Assembly: GCA_963666055.2 (NCBI GenBank) | Contig: CAXWPH010000015.1 | Span: 1,728,001 to 1,792,000, forward strand | Origin: Acidobacteriota bacterium | GTDB taxonomy: Bacteria; Acidobacteriota; UBA890; WLXD01 | Length of the DNA stretch: 64,000 nucleotides | Reading direction: 5' to 3' | In this document: piece after piece, positions 50,183 through 59,867 of the stretch | Position numbering within the stretch: position 1 is the first letter of the stretch | How the letters are laid out: every line of letters begins with the position of its first letter | Program-made: the position numbers and the translations under genes | Notes under the pieces: model-generated | Told to the model about the DNA's origin: nothing | Seen by the model: only the letters and a program-made list of their open reading frames with translations | Database searches by the model: none

Positions 50183-51952
50183 TTAGTCCCGTCGGGCGAC
50201 CACGCCACGCTCCTGATCGACGACGATCTGACCGGGCGCCACATCGGTGAGCACCGTCTCCTCCCCGACGCCCCAAATTACCCGGAGCTCGTCGGCGCGG
50301 CCTGACGGCAGGTAGATGAGTAGCCGCGCGTCGTTGCTGCCGAGATAGCCATCGCCGCTGCTCATCTGCAGCACCTGCACATCATCGCCCGAGCGCACCA
50401 CGAGGCGCGATCCGTAGCCCATCCGGTTGGCCTCGCGACCCACCAGCCGCACCTGCAGCGCGGCAAGCCGTGGCTCGGTGTCGTTACGCAGCAGGTCCGG
50501 AGCACCGTTGATGTTGGTCACCAGCACATCGGCATCGGCGTCGTTGTCGTAGTCGCCGATGAGGGCGGCGCGCGACGTCGCCTCGATCGCCATCCCGGGT
50601 CCCGCCTGCTGCCCTATCTCCTCGAACTGCGCCTCACCGGTTTCGCGCCGTCGATTCAACAAGAGCAGGTTGCGTTGTGCGTAGGGCTCAAACTCGTCGA
50701 GCTGCGGATAGATGTGGCCGTTGGCAACGAACACGTCGACGTCGGCGTCGCCGTCCGGGTCGAAGAACTGCACCGCCCAACCCATGTATGGAAGGCTGCT
50801 GGCAGCCAACCCGAGCAGTTGGCTGACTTCTTCGAAGGAGCAGTCGCCGAGGTTGCGGTAGAGGGCGTTGTTGTCGTTCTGAAAGTTGCTGACCAGCAGG
50901 TCGAACTGCCCGTCGGCATCGAAGTCTGCCGACGTGGCGCCCATCCCCGCCTGCTCCAGGCCCTCGCTGCTATAGCCGGCGCCCGAGAACAAGCCCCATT
51001 CTTCGAGTACGCCGGTGGCGTCGCGGCGATACAGCAGGTTGATGGTCGAGTCGTTGGCGACGTAGATCTCGGGCCGCGCGTCACCGTCGCAATCGGTGGC
51101 CACCAGCGCCAGCCCGTAGGTTGATTCGCGATCGACTCGTTGACTCGGCCACGGCTCGAACGTGCCGTCCGCCCGGTTTCTGAAGAACACATCGCGCGCG
51201 CCATCGAGCCCCTCCGGCCCGCAGAAGACATCGACGCCCTGATACATACAGTAGCGGTCGCCCACCGTGTGAGTGTTGGCACCGTCGAAATCGACGTACT
51301 TGGCAACATAGACATCGACCCAGCCATCGCCGTCCCAATCGAGAAAGGTGGCGCTTGCGCCCCAGCCCTTGTCCTGCACTCCGGCCGGCCACGCGCTGAA
51401 CGTGCCGTCGCCGTTGTTGCGGTACAAGCGATCGGGACCGATGGCCGTAACCAGCAGGTCGGGGAAGCCATCGTTGTCGACGTCGGCGACCGCTGCACCA
51501 TTGCCCCAAACGTGATCGCCGGCACCGCCTCCACCGGGCACGCGATCATAGCCGCCTTGCCTGCGTCGGTAGAGAGCGTGCCCACCACTGGAATACCGAC
51601 CCGCGAGACCCGCGATCGATGCAGCAACCGGGTCGGCGCCGGAGCCCTCGAGGCCGTTCACCAGGAACAGGTCGAGGCCACCATCGCGATCGTAGTCGAG
51701 CCACGCCCCGCCCGAACCGCCGAACTCCGATATGTACGCCTTCTCGGCTCCACCGTAGTCGTGCGTAAACGTGATCCCGGCATTGTCCGGCACACGCACG
51801 AAGCGTACTTCTTGTCCCTGGGCGGCGGTCGAGCTGGGCGGCGACGCGAGCAGCAACAGTGCTCCGAGCATTGCGCACCGGGCACGAGAAACCCTGCCGA
51901 GACGCATGCGGATCGACCTTCGGCGAGCGCCGTCAGTCTGGCGTCGAATCAT
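50183..51952 (-). CDS. CRTAC1 family (FG-GAP/VCBS repeats plus ASPIC/UnbV) protein; start uncertain
   Basis: Repeated DYDRDGGLDL, DVDNDGFPDL, DFDADGQFDL; LYRNNGDGTF. Confidence 0.9.
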   Translation of the reverse strand: MIRRQTDGARRRSIRMRLGRVSRARCAMLGALLLLASPPSSTAAQGQEVRFVRVPDNAGITFTHDYGGAEKAYISEFGGSGGAWLDYDRDGGLDLFLVNGLEGSGADPVAASIAGLAGRYSSGGHALYRRRQGGYDRVPGGGGAGDHVWGNGAAVADVDNDGFPDLLVTAIGPDRLYRNNGDGTFSAWPAGVQDKGWGASATFLDWDGDGWVDVYVAKYVDFDGANTHTVGDRYCMYQGVDVFCGPEGLDGARDVFFRNRADGTFEPWPSQRVDRESTYGLALVATDCDGDARPEIYVANDSTINLLYRRDATGVLEEWGLFSGAGYSSEGLEQAGMGATSADFDADGQFDLLVSNFQNDNNALYRNLGDCSFEEVSQLLGLAASSLPYMGWAVQFFDPDGDADVDVFVANGHIYPQLDEFEPYAQRNLLLLNRRRETGEAQFEEIGQQAGPGMAIEATSRAALIGDYDNDADADVLVTNINGAPDLLRNDTEPRLAALQVRLVGREANRMGYGSRLVVRSGDDVQVLQMSSGDGYLGSNDARLLIYLPSGRADELRVIWGVGEETVLTDVAPGQIVVDQERGVVARRD

Positions 51953-53549
51953 CGCCGAGACGCTGGCCGTCCTCGTCGTATTCCACCACTGGCAGAGGCG
52001 GCGTGGCGAGCGCCTCGCCGTAGTCCTCGAGCAGGTCCTTCACGAAGGCCCACGCGAGCACATATAACGCGAGCAGCACCGGCAGCGCCATCACGATGGA
52101 GGAGGCCTGGAGTACCTCGAGGCCGCCGATGCTAAGCATCATCATGGCGGTCAAACCGAGGACGGCCGCCCACAGCACGCGATTCCAGCGCGCCGGCTCC
52201 TCATCGGCGTGAAGCTCACGCGTCGAAACCGCGGCGAGAATGTACGCCGAGGAGTCGATGGTGGTCGCCATGAAGATGAACAGCACCACCACGATGGTCG
52301 GCAACACCACGCCGCTCATCGGCAGCGACGCCAGGATCGCCGCGCCCGTTTCCGCCGGGCCCACCTCGGTGAGCAGCCGGCTGACGTCGAGAGCGCCGGT
52401 GACCTGCAGGTGGAGCGAGTAGCCGCCGAAGACGGCAAAGTAGGCCCAGCAGCCGACCGAGCCCCAGAAACACATTGCAAAAACGACCTCGCGGAAGGTG
52501 CGGCCTCGGGAGATGCGGGCAACGAACAGCCCCATCATCGGCGCGTACGCCACCCACCAGGCCCAATAAAACACCGTCCAGGTCTGTGGAAACCCTTCCT
52601 GGGCGATGGGGTCGGTCCATAGGCTCATACGAAAAAAGTTGTCCAGCATCAGGCTCATGCTGTTGCTGAACATGTTGAGGATGAACACCGTGGGGCCAAC
52701 CACCAGCACGAAGGCGACCAGGAGGAGCGCCAGGTAGGTGTTGATGTTGCTGAGCCGCGCGATTCCACGCTCGAGACCGAGATAGACGCTGGTGCCGAAT
52801 ATGAGCGTCCAGATGAACAAGATCACCAGGTTCAGTCCGAGGCCTTGCGATATGCCGAGGATCTCGGCCGAGATCGCCGCGATCAGAGGCGTACCCAGAC
52901 CCAGTGACGTACCCACGCCGCCGATAATTCCGAACATCACGGCGACGTCCATGGCGATCCCTAGCGGGCCGGTGGTGTGCCGCCCGAGCACGCTCTTCGA
53001 GGCCATGCTGAAGGTCAGCCGGGGCTGGCGCCGCACGTAGTACGAGTAACCGATGATGATCGCCGGGACGGCCCAGAAGGCCCAGGCGCTGAGCCCCCAG
53101 TGAAAGTTGCCGTACATGGCGGCCCACTCGTAGGAAAGGGCGGAGCCGCTCTCGAGCGCGAAGGGAGGCGTCTGCAGATAGTAAATGGGCTCGAGCAGGG
53201 CCCAGTAGGTGAGGCTGGAACCGATACCGCCACAGAAGAGCATCGCGATCCAGGTGAAGGTGGAGAACTCGGGCTCGTCATCAGGTCGGCCGAGCTTGAC
53301 GCCGGCGAAACGGCCGAACGTCAGCCAGGCGAGCAATCCGAAGCACGCGATGCCGGAGAACAGGTAGAGCCAGCCGAAGTTGTAGCTCACCCAGTTTCGC
53401 GCCTGGTTGACCACCACCCCGCCGGCCTCGGGCCAAATCATGGCGGTAGTGCACATCGTCAGGATGACGATCAACGCCGGCCAGAAGACACGAGGTTCGA
53501 TCTGTCTATCCATACAGGCCTCGATCTCCTTCGTGTCGTTCTGTTGCAT
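51933..53549 (-). CDS. BCCT family transporter
   Basis: PEFSTFTWIAMLF, FHWG, WTVFYWAWWVAYAP...ARISRGRT. Confidence 0.94.
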   Translation of the reverse strand: MQQNDTKEIEACMDRQIEPRVFWPALIVILTMCTTAMIWPEAGGVVVNQARNWVSYNFGWLYLFSGIACFGLLAWLTFGRFAGVKLGRPDDEPEFSTFTWIAMLFCGGIGSSLTYWALLEPIYYLQTPPFALESGSALSYEWAAMYGNFHWGLSAWAFWAVPAIIIGYSYYVRRQPRLTFSMASKSVLGRHTTGPLGIAMDVAVMFGIIGGVGTSLGLGTPLIAAISAEILGISQGLGLNLVILFIWTLIFGTSVYLGLERGIARLSNINTYLALLLVAFVLVVGPTVFILNMFSNSMSLMLDNFFRMSLWTDPIAQEGFPQTWTVFYWAWWVAYAPMMGLFVARISRGRTFREVVFAMCFWGSVGCWAYFAVFGGYSLHLQVTGALDVSRLLTEVGPAETGAAILASLPMSGVVLPTIVVVLFIFMATTIDSSAYILAAVSTRELHADEEPARWNRVLWAAVLGLTAMMMLSIGGLEVLQASSIVMALPVLLALYVLAWAFVKDLLEDYGEALATPPLPVVEYDEDGQRLGDDSTPD

Positions 53550-53707
53550 GCGCGTGCTGCTCCGCGTGGTATCACATCCGGCGGCCGCTGACCTTGTCTG
53601 GCCGGCCACGCGCTGTGGAACCGGCGGATTCATTTCGTCCGTCAGACCCACACTGTAACTTACCAACTAGCCGCGTCGTCGAGCCTCAGCGCCCCCGGAC
53701 CCTGGTC

Positions 53708-56311
53708 GTGCAGAAGCCCAAGTCAGTTCTCTTCCTGTGCATCGCGCTCGTCGTGGCTGCCGGCCCGCCGTCGGAATCCATCAGCCAGTCCAGCGCTGGC
53801 TCGGCGGGACGCAACCGTCAGAGCCGAGCCACCCGGCAGCCACAGCAGGCGGAGCGGCGGCGCCCGATTCCCGTACGCATGGTCATTCCGGGCCCGCGCG
53901 TCACCCTGCCGAGGGTGCCGCTGGCCGGGAGCGGAAGCGCACCACCTGCGCCGCTCATGGTGCCGACCCGGTCACCGAGAAGACAGATTCCGGTGCGGAT
54001 GGTCACGCCGGGCGAGCTGCACGCGCCCGTTCGTGGCACCGACGCTCCGGTCATCGGCCCGGCCGGCATGCGGCCGGCGCCCGCCGGTGCCATTGTACCG
54101 ACACCGCCGTTGGATGCGACCGACGATGCCGTCGCTCCAACACCCACCGCTCTGGAGATGGCGCTCGGTGCCACCCGACCCCGACCGCGGTCTACGCGGG
54201 CACCCGGTGAGGCACCAGACATGGCGGTGACGCGTACCAACCAGGCTCCGGTGATGGACGGGATCGTCGACGACGCTAGCTGGGCCCTTGCCGATGTCGC
54301 CAGCGACTTCCTTCAGCGCGAGCCACAAGAAGGGCAGCCAGCCTCGGAACGCACGGAGGTCCGTGTTTTATACGACGACGAGAACCTCTATGTCGGCGTG
54401 ATTGCGTACGACAGCAACCCGAGCGCCGTGCTCGCCACCGAGATGCGACGCGACGCGCTGGGCTCACGATTCGGCGGATCCGACGACACCTTCAGCATCT
54501 TGCTGGATACCTTCCACGATGGTCGCAGCGCCTTCCTGTTCACCGTGAACGCACTCGGCACCCGCTACGACGCCACCATTCGCAACGAGCGCGAGATCAA
54601 CTCCGACTGGGATGAGGCCTGGGAGGCGGCGGCGCAGGTCACCTCGCGTGGCTGGGAGGCCGAGATGGTCATCCCGCTGGGGATCCTGCGCTTCTCGTCC
54701 GGTATGGCCGACTGGGGCGTCGATTTCGAGCGTCAGATCCGCCACAAGAACGAGCAGGTGGCCTGGAGCAACTACCGGCGCGACTTCCGCTTCATCGCCG
54801 TATCGCAAGCCGGCGACCTGCGCGGCTTCGAGAACCTGTCGGTGACCCAGCGCTTCCGGCTCAGGCCCTACTTTCTGGGCAGCGCTATCTCGCTATTCGA
54901 CGACCCCGGCCGCACCAACGACGTCACCGACGAGTTCGGCATCGACGACTTCAAGATCCAGATCACCTCGAACCTGACCGCCGACCTCACCTACAACACC
55001 GATTTCGCGCAGGTCGAGGTCGATCAGCAACGCGTCAACCTGACGCGCTTCTCGCTCTTTTTCCCCGAAAAGCGCGACTTCTTCCTCGAGGGGGCCAATA
55101 ACTTCAGCTTCGGCCAGCAACGCGGTGGCTTTGGCGGCTTCGGAGCCCCAACGTTGCGTCTCTTCCATTCGCGCAACATCGGCCTGTCGGAAGACGGCGA
55201 GCCAACGCCTATCGACTTCGGCGTCAAGATGACGGGCAAGGTGGGCAGCGGCAACATCGGCTTTCTCAACGTCCAGACGGGCGACTCCGAGTTCGGTGAA
55301 GGGCAAAACTACACGGCGCTGCGCTGGCGTCAGGACGTGCTGGCCCGATCGAGTGTCGGCGCGCTGATAACGAACGTCGAAGGGGCGGACGGAGCAACCA
55401 ACACGGTTATCGGAGCCGACGCCAGCTTCACCTTCTTCGACAATCTCAACATCTCGGCCTTCGCGGCGCGGGCCACCGACGATGACCTCGAGGAAGGCAA
55501 GTTCGCCGGCCAGTTCCGCGTCGGGTGGGACAGCGACCTGTGGAGCGCCAGCGTCGACATCCTGCGCATCGACCCCGACTTCCAGAGCGATCTGGGCTTC
55601 GTCCTGCGGAATGACATCGTGCGCCGCGCCTACCGGACTTCATGGAACCCGCGGCCGGGCATTGCATGGATGCGACGGGTGAGCATCGACGCCAGCCTGT
55701 CGACCTTTCACGATACCGGTGGGACGCTGGTCAGCCGCCGGGGAGAGGTCTTTGCGTTCCTCGAGCTCGAGTCGGGAGACTCGATTGGCGGCGGCTACGC
55801 CCGGGACTTCGAGCGGCTCGACGTCCCCTTCGAGATCCACCCCGACGTGACGATCCCGCCCGGCGAGTACAGCTTCGGCAGCTTGGATGTGTTCCTGTTC
55901 ACTTTCGGTGGCCGCAGGGTCAGCGGCAGCCTCAGCACCAACATCGGAGAGTTCTTCGATGGAACGATACTGACGCTGTCGCCACGACTGACGTTTCGGC
56001 TCAGCGAGAGGCTCCGCGTAGCTCCAACCTTCAGCTACAACAAGATCGATCTTCCGGGGGGGAGCTTCACAAGCAACGTGCTCAACGTGCGCGCCAACTA
56101 CAGCTTCTCGGACCGCTGGCTCACCGATGCGCTGGTTCAACACAGCAACGTGTCGAACGACATCGCGATCTTCGCGCGCCTGCGCTACATCTACCGCATC
56201 GGTGACGACATCTATCTCGTCTACCGTCAGGCGGGCGAATACGATGGTCTTCGCTTCGGTCGGCACAACCGCTCGCTGACGTTGAAGGTCACGCGCTCGT
56301 TGAACTGGTAG
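53708..56311 (+). CDS. CBM9-like plus DUF5916 outer-membrane protein with Pro-rich N-terminus
   Basis: TEVRVLYDDENLY, LDTFHD, NTDFAQVEVD, LFFPEKRDFFLEG; barrel-like C-terminus. Confidence 0.85.
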   Translation: MQKPKSVLFLCIALVVAAGPPSESISQSSAGSAGRNRQSRATRQPQQAERRRPIPVRMVIPGPRVTLPRVPLAGSGSAPPAPLMVPTRSPRRQIPVRMVTPGELHAPVRGTDAPVIGPAGMRPAPAGAIVPTPPLDATDDAVAPTPTALEMALGATRPRPRSTRAPGEAPDMAVTRTNQAPVMDGIVDDASWALADVASDFLQREPQEGQPASERTEVRVLYDDENLYVGVIAYDSNPSAVLATEMRRDALGSRFGGSDDTFSILLDTFHDGRSAFLFTVNALGTRYDATIRNEREINSDWDEAWEAAAQVTSRGWEAEMVIPLGILRFSSGMADWGVDFERQIRHKNEQVAWSNYRRDFRFIAVSQAGDLRGFENLSVTQRFRLRPYFLGSAISLFDDPGRTNDVTDEFGIDDFKIQITSNLTADLTYNTDFAQVEVDQQRVNLTRFSLFFPEKRDFFLEGANNFSFGQQRGGFGGFGAPTLRLFHSRNIGLSEDGEPTPIDFGVKMTGKVGSGNIGFLNVQTGDSEFGEGQNYTALRWRQDVLARSSVGALITNVEGADGATNTVIGADASFTFFDNLNISAFAARATDDDLEEGKFAGQFRVGWDSDLWSASVDILRIDPDFQSDLGFVLRNDIVRRAYRTSWNPRPGIAWMRRVSIDASLSTFHDTGGTLVSRRGEVFAFLELESGDSIGGGYARDFERLDVPFEIHPDVTIPPGEYSFGSLDVFLFTFGGRRVSGSLSTNIGEFFDGTILTLSPRLTFRLSERLRVAPTFSYNKIDLPGGSFTSNVLNVRANYSFSDRWLTDALVQHSNVSNDIAIFARLRYIYRIGDDIYLVYRQAGEYDGLRFGRHNRSLTLKVTRSLNW

Positions 56312-56368
56312 GCCCTGTCCAGCGACCCGGCCTCGCTCAGTGGAGCGCACGCTGGGCACAGCGCAGGC

Positions 56369-58102
56369 TCAGAAGCCCCCGGCGCGGAAGACTTTCTCGC
56401 CGTCAAGCAGCGTGAGCAACACCCGCACATCCTCGATCTGCGTCTTCGGGATGTCGAACAGATTGCGATCGAGCACCACCAGGTCCGCCTGCTTGCCGAC
56501 CATGATCGAGCCGGTGATGTCGGCCTGGTGCAGCAGGAACGCGGCATCCAGCGTCAGCATGCGGATGGCGACGGCGAGTTTGCCGACCGGTTCGGTGAAA
56601 CGCGTCAGGGCGCGCTGGATGGTGCCCAGCGGCGACAGCGGGCCGGCGTCCCAATCGCTGCTCAGCACGGTCTTCGCTCCGGCGTCCAGCAGCGATTGCA
56701 CCGGCAGCAGCCCGGCGGCCGCGTCATCGCCGACCAAGCGACTCAGATAGCGCGCGTAAGCACGGTTGACCGCGTCGGGGGGCATCTGCAGGTCGGCGAT
56801 CACACCGAGCTCGAGGAACCGCCCCCGGTCCTCTTCGTCCACCAGATAGAGGTGGGTGACGCGATGCCGCCGATCCGCAGCACCATTGCGCGCCCGCGCC
56901 GCCTCGACAGCGTCAAGCGCCATTCGCACGCCACGATCACCGGTGGCGTGGAAGTGCAGTTGAAATCCGATCTCGTCGAGCACCCGGACATACTCCTGGA
57001 GCACATCCTGCTCGAAATAGACGAACCCCGAAGGCGACGGGCTCGGGGGAGACGCTTTCTCGAGGTAGGGATCCAGCAGCGCCGAGGTTCCGAAATCGAG
57101 AATGCCGTCGATGTAGATCTTTGCCTGGTTGAATCGCAGCAGGCTCCCGGACTCGTTGGCATACAGGCGCCGAAGGTCGGCGATCTGGGCATCCAATGGA
57201 CGGTCCGGAAACACGTACAGCGCGTTGCTGGCGCGGACCGTGAGCTCACCTAGGCGCTGGGCGCGCGCCCACACCTCGTGGTGGCCACGCGTCCAGTAGC
57301 CGCCGGCATCGCTGACCGAGGTGATCCCGTGCATGTTGAGCTCGGCGAGGCTGCCGATCAGCCCCTGATACGTCTCTTCGAGGTTTTGTTCGGTCGGTGG
57401 CCAGGCTGCGTCGCGCAGCTTCTGCTGAGCGTTCTCGAACACGATTCCGGTCAGACGCCCGCTTACTGCGTCGCGATCCAGGATTCCGCCTGGCGGGTCC
57501 GGGCTGCCGCGACGATATCCAGCGGCTTCCATGGCCATTGTGTTGGCCCACGCGCCATGCCCCAGGTCGTCGAGAATCAGCACCGGCCGGTCCGGCACGG
57601 CGCGATCCAGCACATCAATCGGCAGCTCGTCTCCTTGCAGCAGCGCCGCCACAAACACTCCCGCCCCGACTACCCAGTCGCGGCTCCGCTGGCGGTTGGC
57701 GCAGTTGCGAGCCGACTGCTCGTAAGTCGCCAACGGACGTCGCCAGGGAAAGAGACAGAGGCGCTCGTTGACCCCCGCCTCGACCACGTGGACGTGCGGA
57801 TCATGGAAGCCGGGAAGCACCATGCGACCGTCCAGGTCGATCAGCTCGGTCATGCTGCTGCCCAGGCCGAGCACCTCGGTGTCGTCGCCCACGGCAACGA
57901 TCTTGCCTGCCTCGATGGCAATCGCCTCGGCCCAAGGTCGAGCCGGATCGATCGTGTAGATGCGGCCGCCGTGAAGGATCGTCTCGGGCGCACGACGCGC
58001 CGGCGCCGCTTCCCGCCCGCCCGCGGCGCCCAGAACCAAGAGCGCCAATGCGAGAACTAGCGTCCCCGTCAGAGGCGTGCGGTTGGCTCGCTTGGATTCC
58101 AT
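56369..58102 (-). CDS. Secreted amidohydrolase_3 (YtcJ-like)
   Basis: PGFHDPHVH, KIYIDG, HATGD, SSDW, GKQADLVVLD. Confidence 0.9.
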   Translation of the reverse strand: MESKRANRTPLTGTLVLALALLVLGAAGGREAAPARRAPETILHGGRIYTIDPARPWAEAIAIEAGKIVAVGDDTEVLGLGSSMTELIDLDGRMVLPGFHDPHVHVVEAGVNERLCLFPWRRPLATYEQSARNCANRQRSRDWVVGAGVFVAALLQGDELPIDVLDRAVPDRPVLILDDLGHGAWANTMAMEAAGYRRGSPDPPGGILDRDAVSGRLTGIVFENAQQKLRDAAWPPTEQNLEETYQGLIGSLAELNMHGITSVSDAGGYWTRGHHEVWARAQRLGELTVRASNALYVFPDRPLDAQIADLRRLYANESGSLLRFNQAKIYIDGILDFGTSALLDPYLEKASPPSPSPSGFVYFEQDVLQEYVRVLDEIGFQLHFHATGDRGVRMALDAVEAARARNGAADRRHRVTHLYLVDEEDRGRFLELGVIADLQMPPDAVNRAYARYLSRLVGDDAAAGLLPVQSLLDAGAKTVLSSDWDAGPLSPLGTIQRALTRFTEPVGKLAVAIRMLTLDAAFLLHQADITGSIMVGKQADLVVLDRNLFDIPKTQIEDVRVLLTLLDGEKVFRAGGF

Positions 58103-58106
58103 CGGG

Positions 58107-59867
58107 TCACTTTACCTCGACCCGGATGCGCGTCTGCGGCGCCTGATAGACGATCTCTCCGTTGACCAGCGTCAACTCGCAGCGCATCTCCTTGATCTGG
58201 TCGGTCGGCACCGAGTAGAGATCACGATCCCATACGGCGATGTCGGCGTACTTGCCGAGCTCGAGGGTACCGATGCGGTCCTCCATGAACAGCTGCCGGG
58301 CGTTCCAGGCAGTGTAGGAACGCAGCGCGAGCCGAATGTCGACGGACTCTTCGGTACCGAAGGGAGTCGCACCGTGGGTGCCCATGAGCGTCTCTCGAGC
58401 CACCGAGGCCCAGAGGCCGTAGCGCGCCGCAAACGGCGTGACGTCGTAGTCAGAGCCGCTGCCCCAGCGGATACCGCGATCGAGGTAGGTCTTGAGGCCC
58501 AGCAGCCGTTGATTCCGCTGCGGGCCGAAGTTGCCGGCGTAGGTGTCGCCGATCCACCATGTAAAGCCCGGTTGGACTTCCGGGTAGACGGCGTCGTAGT
58601 CGGCCTGCAGGCGGGCGATCTTGTCCAATGCCGCGTCGGTCGGGATGTTGGAGTGGATGATGCTGTGCCGCAGCCCGTATGCCGGATTCTGCTCGAGCGC
58701 ATCGGCAAAGGCATCCACCACTACATCGATGGCGCGATCACCGATGGCGTGCACGCCCAGGTGCAGACCAGCGTCGTGGACGGCGATGATCTGCTCGCGA
58801 AGCACCTCAGGCGTGGCTCGCGGCACACCGTAGTTGCCCTTATCGACCTCGGTGAGGTTCTTGTTCCACTCATCGTGCAGCCACGCGGTGCGTGCGCCGC
58901 CGCTACCGTCGGCGTACAGCTTGATACCTCCCGAGACCAGCATGTCGTCGCCGGTGGTTATCCATGGCTTGGTAAACGGGCCAACCTGTTCGATGAGCCG
59001 ATGCGTATCCTCGACGGTTCGCCCGACGCGCCACAGCACGAATACCCGGGCGGTGAGCTTCCCCGACGCCAGCACCGCCTGGTAAGCGCGCCAGGTGCGG
59101 AAGCCGATCTCCGGGTCCTTGATCGCCGTCATCCCTTCCTTGTGCAGCTCGGGAACGTAACGTTCGATGGCCTCGCGCAGGCGATCATCGTCGCGGCTCG
59201 GAATGTGGCGTCGCACCAGCGACGTCGCGGTGTCCTTGAACACGCCCGTCGGCGTGCCATCGGGCTGGCGGTCAATCACCCCTCCAGGCGGGTCTGGTGT
59301 GTCGCGCGTCACACCGGCCAGATCGAGCGCCAGGGAGTTGCCAACGCTGTAGTGCGCCGTCGTGTGCGTCAGCCAGACCGGGTTGTCGGGCGACACCGCA
59401 TCCAGATCACGGGCATAGATATAGCGCTGTTCCTCGAGCTTTCCCTCGTCCCAGCCACCGCCGGTGATCCATTCGCCGGGCTCGCTCTCGGCGACCGCGG
59501 TGCGAACCACCTCCACGACGTCGGTGATCGACTCGACCTCCGGGTACGACACGTCGAGGGTGAAGAGCGCTCCGACGGCGCCCACCGCGAAGTGGTTGTG
59601 GGTATCGATGAGCCCGGGTGTTGCGGTCAGGCCACCAAGATCAATTCGACGCGTGGCGTCTCCCGCCAGCGCTTCGATCTCGTTCGTCGACCCTAGCGCG
59701 ACGATCTTGCCGTCACGAATCGCCAGCGCCTCGGTGATCGAGTCGTCCGGATCGACGGTAATCACCTTGCCGTTGACGACAATGGTATCGGCCGGCAGCT
59801 GCAACGCCGGGGAGCACCCGGCGCACAGCGTGACGGCGGCGACCAGCGCCCCAGCATGGAGCCTCAC
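58107..59867 (-). CDS. Amidohydrolase_3 (YtcJ-like) lipoprotein
   Basis: CAGC lipobox, PGLIDTHNH, KLYADG, HAIGD, GSD, GKYADI. Confidence 0.9.
   Translation of the reverse strand: MRLHAGALVAAVTLCAGCSPALQLPADTIVVNGKVITVDPDDSITEALAIRDGKIVALGSTNEIEALAGDATRRIDLGGLTATPGLIDTHNHFAVGAVGALFTLDVSYPEVESITDVVEVVRTAVAESEPGEWITGGGWDEGKLEEQRYIYARDLDAVSPDNPVWLTHTTAHYSVGNSLALDLAGVTRDTPDPPGGVIDRQPDGTPTGVFKDTATSLVRRHIPSRDDDRLREAIERYVPELHKEGMTAIKDPEIGFRTWRAYQAVLASGKLTARVFVLWRVGRTVEDTHRLIEQVGPFTKPWITTGDDMLVSGGIKLYADGSGGARTAWLHDEWNKNLTEVDKGNYGVPRATPEVLREQIIAVHDAGLHLGVHAIGDRAIDVVVDAFADALEQNPAYGLRHSIIHSNIPTDAALDKIARLQADYDAVYPEVQPGFTWWIGDTYAGNFGPQRNQRLLGLKTYLDRGIRWGSGSDYDVTPFAARYGLWASVARETLMGTHGATPFGTEESVDIRLALRSYTAWNARQLFMEDRIGTLELGKYADIAVWDRDLYSVPTDQIKEMRCELTLVNGEIVYQAPQTRIRVEVK

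Noticed and set aside
46448-50276. Short ORFs inside the 278-bp elements (46465..46725, 48159..48392, 49887..50276)
   Set aside because: No transposase motifs; products are read-throughs of palindromic repeats
58077-59696. 539-aa plus-strand ORF and similar long antisense ORFs (e.g. 16673..17845, 8988..10019, 31828..32943)
   Set aside because: Shadow frames opposite well-supported genes, expected in high-GC DNA; no motifs
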